Positions 9,718 to 18,501 of a DNA stretch of 64,000 nucleotides are shown here, piece by piece. The stretch spans positions 32,001 through 96,000 of the forward strand of contig JBLIRO010000002.1 in NCBI GenBank assembly GCA_049472335.1, written 5' to 3'. Origin of the DNA: a bacterium. Lineage in GTDB: Bacteria; SZUA-182; DTGQ01; JAFGSM01. The position numbers were made by a program, and so were the translations under genes. Position 1 is the first letter of the stretch, and every line of letters starts with the position of its first letter. The notes under the pieces were generated by a model that had not been told where the DNA came from, did no database searches, and saw only the letters and a program-made list of their open reading frames with translations.

Positions 9718-12618
9718 ATGAACAGGACAAAATATATTATAGTATTTATTGTGCTTTCCCTATTTATTTGCGGAGGTGCTTTGGTCTGGGCCTCTGGTTC
9801 GAATACAGGCCATCATTCAGGCCAATCCCATGAAACCCTTGAGGCAAGCCAGCATGAGAGCGGAGAGTTATCTTATGATGAGATTACTTCAAACGCGAGC
9901 GCACGGAATATTCTCCCGATAATTTTGATTTTGGTCCCTCTGCTCGGCGGTATTTTATTGGCCTTTTTACCTAATGACCGTCTGGGTGGTAATCTCTTGA
10001 TTTTATTTACCGGTATCCCCTTTATATTATCCTTTTTTCTCTATAATCCTGTTATAAAGGGGATCCACAAAAACGGGGTGTTGCTGAAGGGGATATACCT
10101 TGAATTCCCTTTTCTACCCCAATTTGGATTTAATCTCACCTTTAAGGTCGATCCCATATGTCTTACACTGATTATTTTTACGGGACTAATATGGTTTTTG
10201 ACTGCAATTTATTCCAGATCCTATCTGGAAATCGAAAACAATCGGCGGCGCTACAATATAGCTAATTGTTGTTGCCTTGCTGTCACTCTGGGCGCTTTCA
10301 TGGCAGGGGATTTTTTCACCTTATATATATTTTATGAAGGGATACTCCTGTTTCTCTATCTCATGGTGGTCCATAGAGGGGATGAAAGGGCCCTGTCAGC
10401 TTCCAAGGTGTATCTGTATCTGGGTGTGGCAACAGGATTGATTCTTCTGTACGGCATATTTTTACTCCATTATTTAACCGGAACTGTTGAAATTAAAAGT
10501 CTGGGAAATGTCTTGTCGGCCGCACCAGCCTGGGGGCGTTATGTTATAGCGGGAATGTTTATCATAGGGTTTGGCGGGAAAGCGGGAGTTTTTCTCGAGC
10601 ATATCTGGATGCCCAGTTCTTATGGTGATGCTCCTTGTCTTACCGCTGCCCTATCATCCGGAATTATGATTGAAGTTGGCGCGTATGGGATTTTCCGGAC
10701 TGTTAATATGTTGTTCGCCCCATTGGGTATGCCTGCGTATCCTTCATTATGGAAATGGGCTTCCCCTGTCTTATGGATGGATATAACCCATATCGGACAT
10801 ATACTAATTTGGCTTGGGATATTGACGATGTTTTTGGGTGCTTTAAATGCTCTCATATCAAACCATAGTCTAAAACTTCTCGCTTATTCCAGTGTCAGTC
10901 AAATGGGCTATATTATTATGGGGATTGGATGCGCCGCTTACATGGGAGCCGATGGTGCAATGGGCCTGGCAGGTTCCGGTTATCATATCATAAACCATGC
11001 CCTCTTCAAGGTGGCCCTTTTCCTTTGTGTAGGTGTTGTGTTTTTTAGAACAAGGGAGACCGATATCAGGAACCTGGGAGGATTGTGGCGAAATATGCCC
11101 ATGACGGCCTTTGTTATGTTTATAAGCTTGTGTGCCATATCAGGGATACCCGGATTTAACGGATTTGCAAGCAAAACCATGCTGCACCACGCCATTGTGG
11201 AGGCTTACGAACATTCGTTCCATGTATTAGGAACCCCCGACAGGTGGCTGAAACTTGCAGAATGGCTATTTATTGTAACCGCGGGCTGTACGTTTGCTTA
11301 TAATATTAAACTCTTTTCATTCATATTTCTCGGAAAAAGACCTCAAAAGTATGCGGATGTCACGGACGCACCCATACCTATGAAGGCGGCTTTAGGTTCC
11401 CTGGCCACACTGACTGTATTCATGGGGCTTTTCCCGAATTGGCTATTGGATAATTTTTTGGGGCCGATGCTTTCATATTTTGGTTTTAGCTCCAATTCGC
11501 ATTCATATCATCTTATCTATAATCTTCATGCAAATGGTGGCCCTCGCTCTATTATCCCTTTACTCTATAATCCAACCACAAAGGCCTTTTTAACCGATCC
11601 GGAAGTAGTGCACAACCTGGTTGGGGGAAGCTCAGCAATTCTCATTGGTGGCACAATACTCATTTTGGGCCTCACTTTAAGGTTTTTTGTATATAAAGTC
11701 TCCGAGACATATCAGGTTGAATATTATTATCGCCGACTATTCAAAGGATTTTTGGCTCTTTGCTCAATGACCTATAACACAATAGTTTACGCAGGGGAGC
11801 TGCTTGTTGCCAAATTAATGATATATTCCTGGATACCACCGTTAAGGATGGAAAATGTCATATCTCCGGCAGGAGATTTAGATGATAAAAAAATAGACAA
11901 ACAAATCTTGAACTATATTTCTGCTCTGGAAAGTAATAAGGTAAAGAATAAGGCCTTTTTTGAGCATATATCGAAGTTCGATAAAAAATACAGCGAGGCT
12001 CTTGAAAAAGCAATGAAAGAAAAGGGATTATTCGAGCATATTACTAAAGCGGAAGAAAAATTCTCGAAATCCATGAGTAGGGCAATACTCAATAAGGGGC
12101 TTTTTACAAGGATTTCGAGTGTTGATGAAAAACTCTCTGGCTCTGTTGATAAGGCAATAGGTGATAAGGGGGTTTTTGATAAGGTAACATCTGCAGACAC
12201 CATATTTGATAGTATGGTGGATAAGGTTATATTCAGTAAAATCTTTTGGGGTATGGTTGCAAAAGCAGACGGGAGCATACTTACCTCCGACTTTTTGAAG
12301 AAATTCATAAATATGGAAAAAAGTTACGATTCATTAATGGAGAAGATTTTGTTCGGTATGATAGGTAGCGAAGATCTGTCGAAGATCAAATTAGAGCGTA
12401 CTGATTTTGCCCGTTCATGGTTTTTGAATTTATGTAAAAAGGTAGCGAGGATCCATACCGGAGATATAAGTAATTACATCAGTTGGATTGCCATTGCCCT
12501 GACAGTGATTATTGTGGTTCTTGTAGGGATCCCTTATTTGAAGACATTGTTTGCAATAATACTGGCTCTTACCCTGACCATTTTCGCGACATTCATTTTG
12601 GCACTATTTTTCTTGTAA
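9718..12618 (+). CDS. Large antiporter-like subunit (MrpD/HyfB/NuoL-like) with N-terminal His-rich segment and long repeat-containing C-terminal extension
   Basis: GDFFTLYIFYE, GFGGKAG, LLAYSSVSQMGY, NHALFK, GFNGFASK; C-terminal HTG..SNY motif before the final TM helices. Confidence 0.85.
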   Translation: MNRTKYIIVFIVLSLFICGGALVWASGSNTGHHSGQSHETLEASQHESGELSYDEITSNASARNILPIILILVPLLGGILLAFLPNDRLGGNLLILFTGIPFILSFFLYNPVIKGIHKNGVLLKGIYLEFPFLPQFGFNLTFKVDPICLTLIIFTGLIWFLTAIYSRSYLEIENNRRRYNIANCCCLAVTLGAFMAGDFFTLYIFYEGILLFLYLMVVHRGDERALSASKVYLYLGVATGLILLYGIFLLHYLTGTVEIKSLGNVLSAAPAWGRYVIAGMFIIGFGGKAGVFLEHIWMPSSYGDAPCLTAALSSGIMIEVGAYGIFRTVNMLFAPLGMPAYPSLWKWASPVLWMDITHIGHILIWLGILTMFLGALNALISNHSLKLLAYSSVSQMGYIIMGIGCAAYMGADGAMGLAGSGYHIINHALFKVALFLCVGVVFFRTRETDIRNLGGLWRNMPMTAFVMFISLCAISGIPGFNGFASKTMLHHAIVEAYEHSFHVLGTPDRWLKLAEWLFIVTAGCTFAYNIKLFSFIFLGKRPQKYADVTDAPIPMKAALGSLATLTVFMGLFPNWLLDNFLGPMLSYFGFSSNSHSYHLIYNLHANGGPRSIIPLLYNPTTKAFLTDPEVVHNLVGGSSAILIGGTILILGLTLRFFVYKVSETYQVEYYYRRLFKGFLALCSMTYNTIVYAGELLVAKLMIYSWIPPLRMENVISPAGDLDDKKIDKQILNYISALESNKVKNKAFFEHISKFDKKYSEALEKAMKEKGLFEHITKAEEKFSKSMSRAILNKGLFTRISSVDEKLSGSVDKAIGDKGVFDKVTSADTIFDSMVDKVIFSKIFWGMVAKADGSILTSDFLKKFINMEKSYDSLMEKILFGMIGSEDLSKIKLERTDFARSWFLNLCKKVARIHTGDISNYISWIAIALTVIIVVLVGIPYLKTLFAIILALTLTIFATFILALFFL
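11950..12357 (+). repeat. Intragenic 72-bp/24-aa tandem repeats (4 clear, 1-2 degenerate)
   Basis: KAFFEHISKFDKKYSEALEKAMKE / KGLFEHITKAEEKFSKSMSRAILN / KGLFTRISSVDEKLSGSVDKAIGD / KGVFDKVTSADTIFDSMVDKVIFS starting at 11950, 12022, 12094, 12166; a fifth starts at 12238. Confidence 0.85.
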
Positions 12619-12644
12619 TTTAACAAAGATTATAGGGTATACAT

Positions 12645-13595
12645 ATGGAAATGAAAAAGGTTTTAAAGGTTATCCTTATAAGAAGCGGTATTCTTCTAAG
12701 CCTTCTGGTAGTATTGATCATGGCCATTAAAACAATGGTTCAGGAAGGGCCTATAGAACCGCTCAAACAGGAAAAAGTGCTGGCTGTCCTTATGAGAGAA
12801 GCATCTGAGGAGACCGACCTGCATTTAAGGGGGCTAAAGGACGGAATGGTGTTTAATGGATTGAAATATACAACAAAAATCTATGCAGTTCCGTCCCTGA
12901 TCAGGGAGGCGAATCTGGTCTATATCATGAGTCCTTGTCAAGCCGAAGAGATTCTCGGTCAGGAGGATATTGATTTCCCATATCAAATGATCGGTTATTC
13001 ATATATAAAAGAACCCCGCACAAATTATACTGGTATCTATTGTGACCTGGATTGGCAGAGAATATTTCCTATTTACCAAAAGATAATTCCGGAGATGAAG
13101 AGGGTGGGAGTTTTATATGCCCAGGGTTCATGTGATGGTGAGAAGCAGGCCCTTTCCATGAAATCCGCTGCCGAGATGAGACCGAACCTGACAGTTTTTG
13201 TTCAAACCTTGGACCCTTTTGGAGAGGACCTTGAAAGCATATTGTCGGAATTATTCCAAAAGGCGGATGTCATTTATGCTGTTGCGAGGGACAAAATCAT
13301 TCAAACTCACATAGAGAGCATAGCCGAGATTTGTCTTCAAAAAAGGGTTCCTCTTATAGGTGGGGGGATATTCGGACCTCAAAAAGGCGCGCTTGCTTCT
13401 CTGGCCTATGATCCCTATAGGGTGGGACGAAAAGCGACGGATTTAATAAGGGCCTTGGAAAGTAGTGCTGAAATATACGATATGGAGATAGTCAGGATGG
13501 AGCCGGAGCTTTACATAAACCTTAAAACTGCCTACACTTTAGGAATAAACATACCTTCCAATTTAAGAAAAATAGCCGAGAAGGTTTATAATTAG
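12645..13595 (+). CDS. Membrane-anchored ABC-type substrate-binding-like protein
   Basis: N-terminal TM anchor; IIPEMKRVGVLY, GALASLAYDPYRVGRKA, LYINLKTAYTLGINIP motifs of the ABC_sub_bind-type family; no permease or ATPase nearby. Confidence 0.7.
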   Translation: MEMKKVLKVILIRSGILLSLLVVLIMAIKTMVQEGPIEPLKQEKVLAVLMREASEETDLHLRGLKDGMVFNGLKYTTKIYAVPSLIREANLVYIMSPCQAEEILGQEDIDFPYQMIGYSYIKEPRTNYTGIYCDLDWQRIFPIYQKIIPEMKRVGVLYAQGSCDGEKQALSMKSAAEMRPNLTVFVQTLDPFGEDLESILSELFQKADVIYAVARDKIIQTHIESIAEICLQKRVPLIGGGIFGPQKGALASLAYDPYRVGRKATDLIRALESSAEIYDMEIVRMEPELYINLKTAYTLGINIPSNLRKIAEKVYN

Positions 13596-13608
13596 AGAGA
13601 GTGCATAA

Positions 13609-13637
13609 AATGCCTAAAGTCTCAAGCGCCTAAAGTT
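13609..13637. repeat. Short dispersed repeat, copy 1 (aa[a/g]tgcctaaagt.tcaag.gcctaaagtt)
   Basis: Near-identical to 52508-52537. Confidence 0.7.
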
Positions 13638-14067
13638 AAGGAATAAACTTTCAGATATACTTCTTTCAGGATACTTCAATCAAGACACAAAACATCTTGT
13701 CTTTCTGATTCAATATCCTACTTTTTACCTCGATTTGTTTAAAGGGATTTTTTTCTTATCCTTTTAGTTTTAAATGTGCAATCTCTTATATGTTATGATA
13801 TATTAATAAAAATGAAAAAGGGTATCAGATAAAAGGACAAAGAAGATTTATTGTCTTTAACGCGGTTGAAGGAGAAGGGATCCTAATCTATAATAGCATT
13901 GTGATTGTCAAAATACTCCCGTTAAATTGTAGGTTTCATATATGTTTTTATTCCCTTTCGACTTTATATCTAATGTAGGAAAACAACGACTCGTACATTT
14001 GCTCAATAAAATGCCGAAAAAAGACTTAGTGGAGAAGGCAAAATTTACCCAAATAAGGAGATAGCTC

Positions 14068-16812
14068 ATGGCAAAAAAGGTAAAGGTTAAAGAGATTTCT
14101 CCCGAAGAGCTTTCCCAGGCCATGGAGCAGCAAATCGTTTCCCTGGAGAACCTGCTGGAAGAATCGAGGCAAGAAGAGATTCATTTTCAAGACCTGCTGG
14201 ATGAAATAAAAGCTCATACGGAGGAATTTTCACAAAATAGCGATTTATTGGCAAAGGTTGAAAAACGTTTGGAAACACTTAGGTTTACAGCGGATGTGAC
14301 CGAAGAAAACATCTCTAAGCTTTTAAGTTTCAAAGACGAAATGGACAAACTTCATAAACAGGTCAACAGCGCGCTTCATTTCTCTAAGAATTTTGAAGAG
14401 CGTATAGCCAGTGTGCTGCAGGAAAAGGAACGCTTGGATGAGATAGAGGCTCAGGTTGAACAGTTTAACATACCTTTTGAAGAATTAAGGAAAAATATGG
14501 ATCAGCATTCTTCATTAAGCAAGGACTTGGAAAAAAGCCTGGGAGAAATGAACAAGAAGAGAGAGACGATTGACAAATCACTTGCCGGTCTTGATGACTA
14601 CCACACGCAAATTCAGGCCCATTCGGAAGAAATAGCAAGGTTGAACTCCCGCAGGGAAGAATTGTCTGGAACCATGGAGGGCCTTGAAAAAAAGATAGAT
14701 GGATTTGTTAAGGAATGTGAGAAGATAGAAGAGAGATTCGCCAATATTGAAAAGGCTCGCCATCTTTATGAAATTACCAAACAGAAGATAGAGAGCCTGA
14801 ATTCTATGGCTGAATATGTAAAATCAAAGGTCCAGAGCCTTTCACAACAACGAATCATTGTTGAGAAGGCAAACGAAGAGGCAGGAAAACTGAACGTTCT
14901 CTTCTGGGATATGGAAACAAAGATTAATAAACTTTCAGAAGAGAATAAATTAATAAAAAAGGCCGACCGTAATATTCTTCGGCTTGAGAGTATGTTAAAT
15001 GGTCTGGATCAGAAAATGTCCAAGATTGATAGGGCAGAGGGTATTTTGCAAAAAATAAACACTTCTGTGGAAGACCTGAAACAAAAATCCGAGGATATGG
15101 AAAAACGTTCCAAATCCCTTACACAATTGGCAGGGGTTTTGGAATCATATTCAGAAAAAATCCAATCACTGCAAAAAGAGGCAAAAAAGCTGGAAGAAAA
15201 AGAGCAGGCCTTTTCATCATTTACTACAAAGTTCAGCAATATGGAAGATCGTTTTAAACAATTGGATCAAAATCTTAGCGGTATAAAAAAAGAGATGGAG
15301 AGCGTTAAAGATCAATCGAATCGCATATATGAGGTAAAGACAAATCTCCAGAAACTGGATCTTATTGCGGAAGAAGCACAAAAAAAGGCTGAAGGGGTAA
15401 TTAAAAGGGATGGTTTAATCAAGGATGTTCAGGGAAAAATGGAAAATCTGGGCAGTATGACAACCGATATCGGGAGGAGAATGGACCAGCTCCTTTCCCG
15501 CGTCCCTTATCTCGTTGAGATGGAGAAGAGGCTGGAGCATATGGAGGCCATGGCATCCGAGCTGGATCAGAAGGAGGAGGGAATTCATAAAAGAGAACAT
15601 ATACTTAGGAACACGGAAGAGGAAATTGAGAAACTGGAGGTGCTGTCCAAATCCCTTGAAGAACGGTTCTTGTTTTTGTCTGACCAGGAAAACTTAATAG
15701 ACAGATTGGAATCAAGGCTGGAAGGCCTTAGCGATATGGCTAATCAGATAGGCATTCAATCTCAGGATTTCCTAAAAACAAGACAGGAAATTGAACAGGC
15801 AACTGAAAAGGTAAACCATCTTCAGTTGAGCATGGATGAGATTAGCAACAAAGAGAAGAAGGCATTAAAGCATCGGAATGAACTTGAATCAATAAAAAAA
15901 GGTCTTTCTGAAACCCAGATCCAGATATCAAAGAGAAAAGATGAATTTAAACAACTGGACAAAAAGGTTTCCACATTCCAGGAAATCTGCGAACAATTTG
16001 AAGGAAAGGCCGGCGCCTTGGAAGGAAAGATCAGCTTTATTGATCAGGTTATCTCCAATATCGATGAGCGTAGAACCAACATGGAAGATATCCTGGAGGC
16101 AAAATTGGTCCAGTTTCATGATATGAATGCTGAAATCGATCAAAAAGTAAAGGAAGGGCTTGATGCTTCAAAACAGATAGACCTTTTTGATCAGAAGATG
16201 AATGAGTTAAAGCAGATGACGCAGGATATAGAGGAGAAGACCCTGGCAATTTCAGCCAGACAGGAAGAGATTTACCAGATAGAAAAGAAGACCGTCCAGT
16301 TGTCTGAAATGAACGATCATCTTGATAAACAGATTAGAAGCTGTATGCAGCAAGACAAGGAAATTGCCAAGATTAAACAGGAACTGGAAGAGCTCAAGAA
16401 TATTCAGAGTGAAGCGGTAAGTCACTTCCAAACCCTTAGGGCTGAGGAAGAAACCCTGGAAAGGTTAAGAAAGGAAATAGACGGGCTGAGGGAGCTTATT
16501 AATGAGGTGAGTCAAAAGGGTAAAAGAATAGAGGATTATGCCAGAATCATTAATGATTCTGATCAGAAACTAAAGACACTGGATCTCTTGTCCGAAGATA
16601 TAACTGCAAAGCTGGAAAACTTAAAGGCAGAGGAAAAAACCATTGAAGAGGCAACTGAGAAAGCCGACCGGCTGCAATTTTCAATTCCCGAAGCAGAAGC
16701 CAGAATAAGAGAGCTTGCGGCAAGGATTGACCAGGCTAATGGTTTAGAAAAAAGATTGTTAAGTCTTCTTCCCGAGAAGAAAAGCCCGAAAGGTCTGGAA
16801 GAAACCGTTTAG
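14068..16812 (+). CDS. 914-aa all-alpha coiled-coil protein with 31-residue periodicity
   Basis: E/K/L/Q-rich, no TM, no Walker motifs; SD AAGGAG; consecutive 31-aa units. Confidence 0.85.
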   Translation: MAKKVKVKEISPEELSQAMEQQIVSLENLLEESRQEEIHFQDLLDEIKAHTEEFSQNSDLLAKVEKRLETLRFTADVTEENISKLLSFKDEMDKLHKQVNSALHFSKNFEERIASVLQEKERLDEIEAQVEQFNIPFEELRKNMDQHSSLSKDLEKSLGEMNKKRETIDKSLAGLDDYHTQIQAHSEEIARLNSRREELSGTMEGLEKKIDGFVKECEKIEERFANIEKARHLYEITKQKIESLNSMAEYVKSKVQSLSQQRIIVEKANEEAGKLNVLFWDMETKINKLSEENKLIKKADRNILRLESMLNGLDQKMSKIDRAEGILQKINTSVEDLKQKSEDMEKRSKSLTQLAGVLESYSEKIQSLQKEAKKLEEKEQAFSSFTTKFSNMEDRFKQLDQNLSGIKKEMESVKDQSNRIYEVKTNLQKLDLIAEEAQKKAEGVIKRDGLIKDVQGKMENLGSMTTDIGRRMDQLLSRVPYLVEMEKRLEHMEAMASELDQKEEGIHKREHILRNTEEEIEKLEVLSKSLEERFLFLSDQENLIDRLESRLEGLSDMANQIGIQSQDFLKTRQEIEQATEKVNHLQLSMDEISNKEKKALKHRNELESIKKGLSETQIQISKRKDEFKQLDKKVSTFQEICEQFEGKAGALEGKISFIDQVISNIDERRTNMEDILEAKLVQFHDMNAEIDQKVKEGLDASKQIDLFDQKMNELKQMTQDIEEKTLAISARQEEIYQIEKKTVQLSEMNDHLDKQIRSCMQQDKEIAKIKQELEELKNIQSEAVSHFQTLRAEEETLERLRKEIDGLRELINEVSQKGKRIEDYARIINDSDQKLKTLDLLSEDITAKLENLKAEEKTIEEATEKADRLQFSIPEAEARIRELAARIDQANGLEKRLLSLLPEKKSPKGLEETV

Positions 16813-16904
16813 GGCTTGACGGGAAGTGTATGGGAATACTTTTGGTTTGCTATTTCAACCAAAGGTTATTACCCGAAATTATAACCGCTGACTGAAGAGA
16901 CATT

Positions 16905-18485
16905 ATGTTTTCCCAATCACATCCTGAAAAAAAAACGAATGATTATTGCACGCACTGCTGGACTCCAGTATGCGAAGAAAAAGCCTTTCGCTTTAGGGAC
17001 AGGATTTTTTGCAGTGCTAAATGCCTCAGGCTTCATTACTGGTGCCTCTTTAATCTTTTCTTGACAACGCAGGTTCAGAAATTCAGGGTGATTATCCATC
17101 GCAGAAAAGGCTGGTCTACCGGACTGCTGGCGGGATCGTTCTTTTCCCTTGTCCTGACGGTCCTGCTCGGTTTCATATTGTCCAACTCTTTTTCAGGGCC
17201 TCCAAAACTATCGCCCGGGCAGGATGTTGCCGCGCACCTCCCCGTAGAAATAAAATATCCGTTTTTTTTAAATACTCCGCCCCCACCGGTTTTGGATAAA
17301 GCCAAGAAGGCTTCGAAAGAAGACATTACGGATTTCGAAGATGCACTAGAAAGACAGATTAAGGAGAGGGTAAAAATTTTCCTGATCAAGGAGTATCCGT
17401 CAGGGCCAAGAAAAACTGTAGGTATCTCAGGTTCGGCCACTACAGGATCCATATGTGCCCTTTATCTTAATGATACCCTGTACGAAGCGACAACCTGTAT
17501 AAAGGGTAATTTCTTCTTTCCCAGGGTCGCCCTAAGACCGGGGAAGAATATCATCGAGGTTTTGGTGCATGATCAGGAAGGTTATGTAGTCCCCTCTAAC
17601 AAGGTTGAGTTGTTTCTGGACTTAAACCGCAAGATCATGGAAAAAGGAAGGAATATCACCAGGGGAAATCTGGAAGAAAAAAATGTTTGCCTTACATTTG
17701 ACGGAGGCGCTTCGGCATCCTGCGCCCCTGGTATATTGGCGACATTGAGGCGTTATAACATCAGGTGCACATTTTTTCTTACAGGGGACTTTATAAGGAA
17801 CCACCCCAAACTTATCAAGACAATGGTGGAGGATGGCCATGAGATAGGCAATCACACCGATACTCACCCCCATTTCGCACGTTTGACCTCCCAGATGCGA
17901 TTCGAAACCCTTCCATGGGTAAACAAGGCCTTTGTCCAGAATCAAATAATAAGGGCAGAAAAGGCCTTTTTTCAAGTCACGGGACTTTCCATGGCCCCCT
18001 TTTGGAGAGCGCCCTACGGAGAGCATAACCTGGAAATCCTAAGATGGGCGGAAGAAATAGGTTACACCCATGTTTCATGGACTTGCGGCAGGGTCCTGGA
18101 AGAAGGCCTCGATACGCTAGACTGGGTCTATAATCATGAATCTCCTATCTACTTTTCTTCAGAGGAAATCAGGGATAAGATAATCAATTTTGGAGAAGGA
18201 AACCCTGAAGGGGCAAATGGAGGTATTGTGTTAATGCACCTTGCCACATCAAGACCTTTAGAAGACAGGGTCCATCTTCAACTTCCTGACATCATTGAAG
18301 GACTTCAAAAAAGGGGTTATAATCTTTCTACGGTTGGAGAGGTTATAAGCTCGGCTGACGGGTCGGTTTACCCCGAACAAGCCAAAGATGATGAACATGT
18401 CAAAAATCTTTGGGTGTCTAAGGGTAAAGATTCTAAGGATAGGAAAAGACGAACGGTATCTTTGTCCTCTAAAAGGCTGCCCTAA
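16905..18485 (+). CDS. Membrane-anchored polysaccharide deacetylase (NodB/CE4) with N-terminal Cys cluster and Ig-like domain
   Basis: LTFDGG, GNHTDTHPH, WRAPYG, VLMH motifs; N-terminal CTHC...FCSAKC; one TM. Confidence 0.85.
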   Translation: MFSQSHPEKKTNDYCTHCWTPVCEEKAFRFRDRIFCSAKCLRLHYWCLFNLFLTTQVQKFRVIIHRRKGWSTGLLAGSFFSLVLTVLLGFILSNSFSGPPKLSPGQDVAAHLPVEIKYPFFLNTPPPPVLDKAKKASKEDITDFEDALERQIKERVKIFLIKEYPSGPRKTVGISGSATTGSICALYLNDTLYEATTCIKGNFFFPRVALRPGKNIIEVLVHDQEGYVVPSNKVELFLDLNRKIMEKGRNITRGNLEEKNVCLTFDGGASASCAPGILATLRRYNIRCTFFLTGDFIRNHPKLIKTMVEDGHEIGNHTDTHPHFARLTSQMRFETLPWVNKAFVQNQIIRAEKAFFQVTGLSMAPFWRAPYGEHNLEILRWAEEIGYTHVSWTCGRVLEEGLDTLDWVYNHESPIYFSSEEIRDKIINFGEGNPEGANGGIVLMHLATSRPLEDRVHLQLPDIIEGLQKRGYNLSTVGEVISSADGSVYPEQAKDDEHVKNLWVSKGKDSKDRKRRTVSLSSKRLP

Positions 18486-18501
18486 GCATATACATGTAAA
18501 C

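Noticed and set aside
1..12618. Membrane-bound hydrogenase (Mbh/Ech/Hyf) or complex I call
   Set aside because: No NuoB/C/D/H/I-like or [NiFe] catalytic subunit in the window; upstream genes are outside the view, so this cannot be fully excluded
14068..16812. SMC/SbcC or chemoreceptor call for the long coiled-coil protein
   Set aside because: No Walker A/B, signature, hinge, TM or MCP hairpin motif
16830..16874. Hairpin between the coiled-coil gene and the deacetylase as a riboswitch
   Set aside because: Simple imperfect stem with no aptamer consensus; probably a weak terminator or stability hairpin
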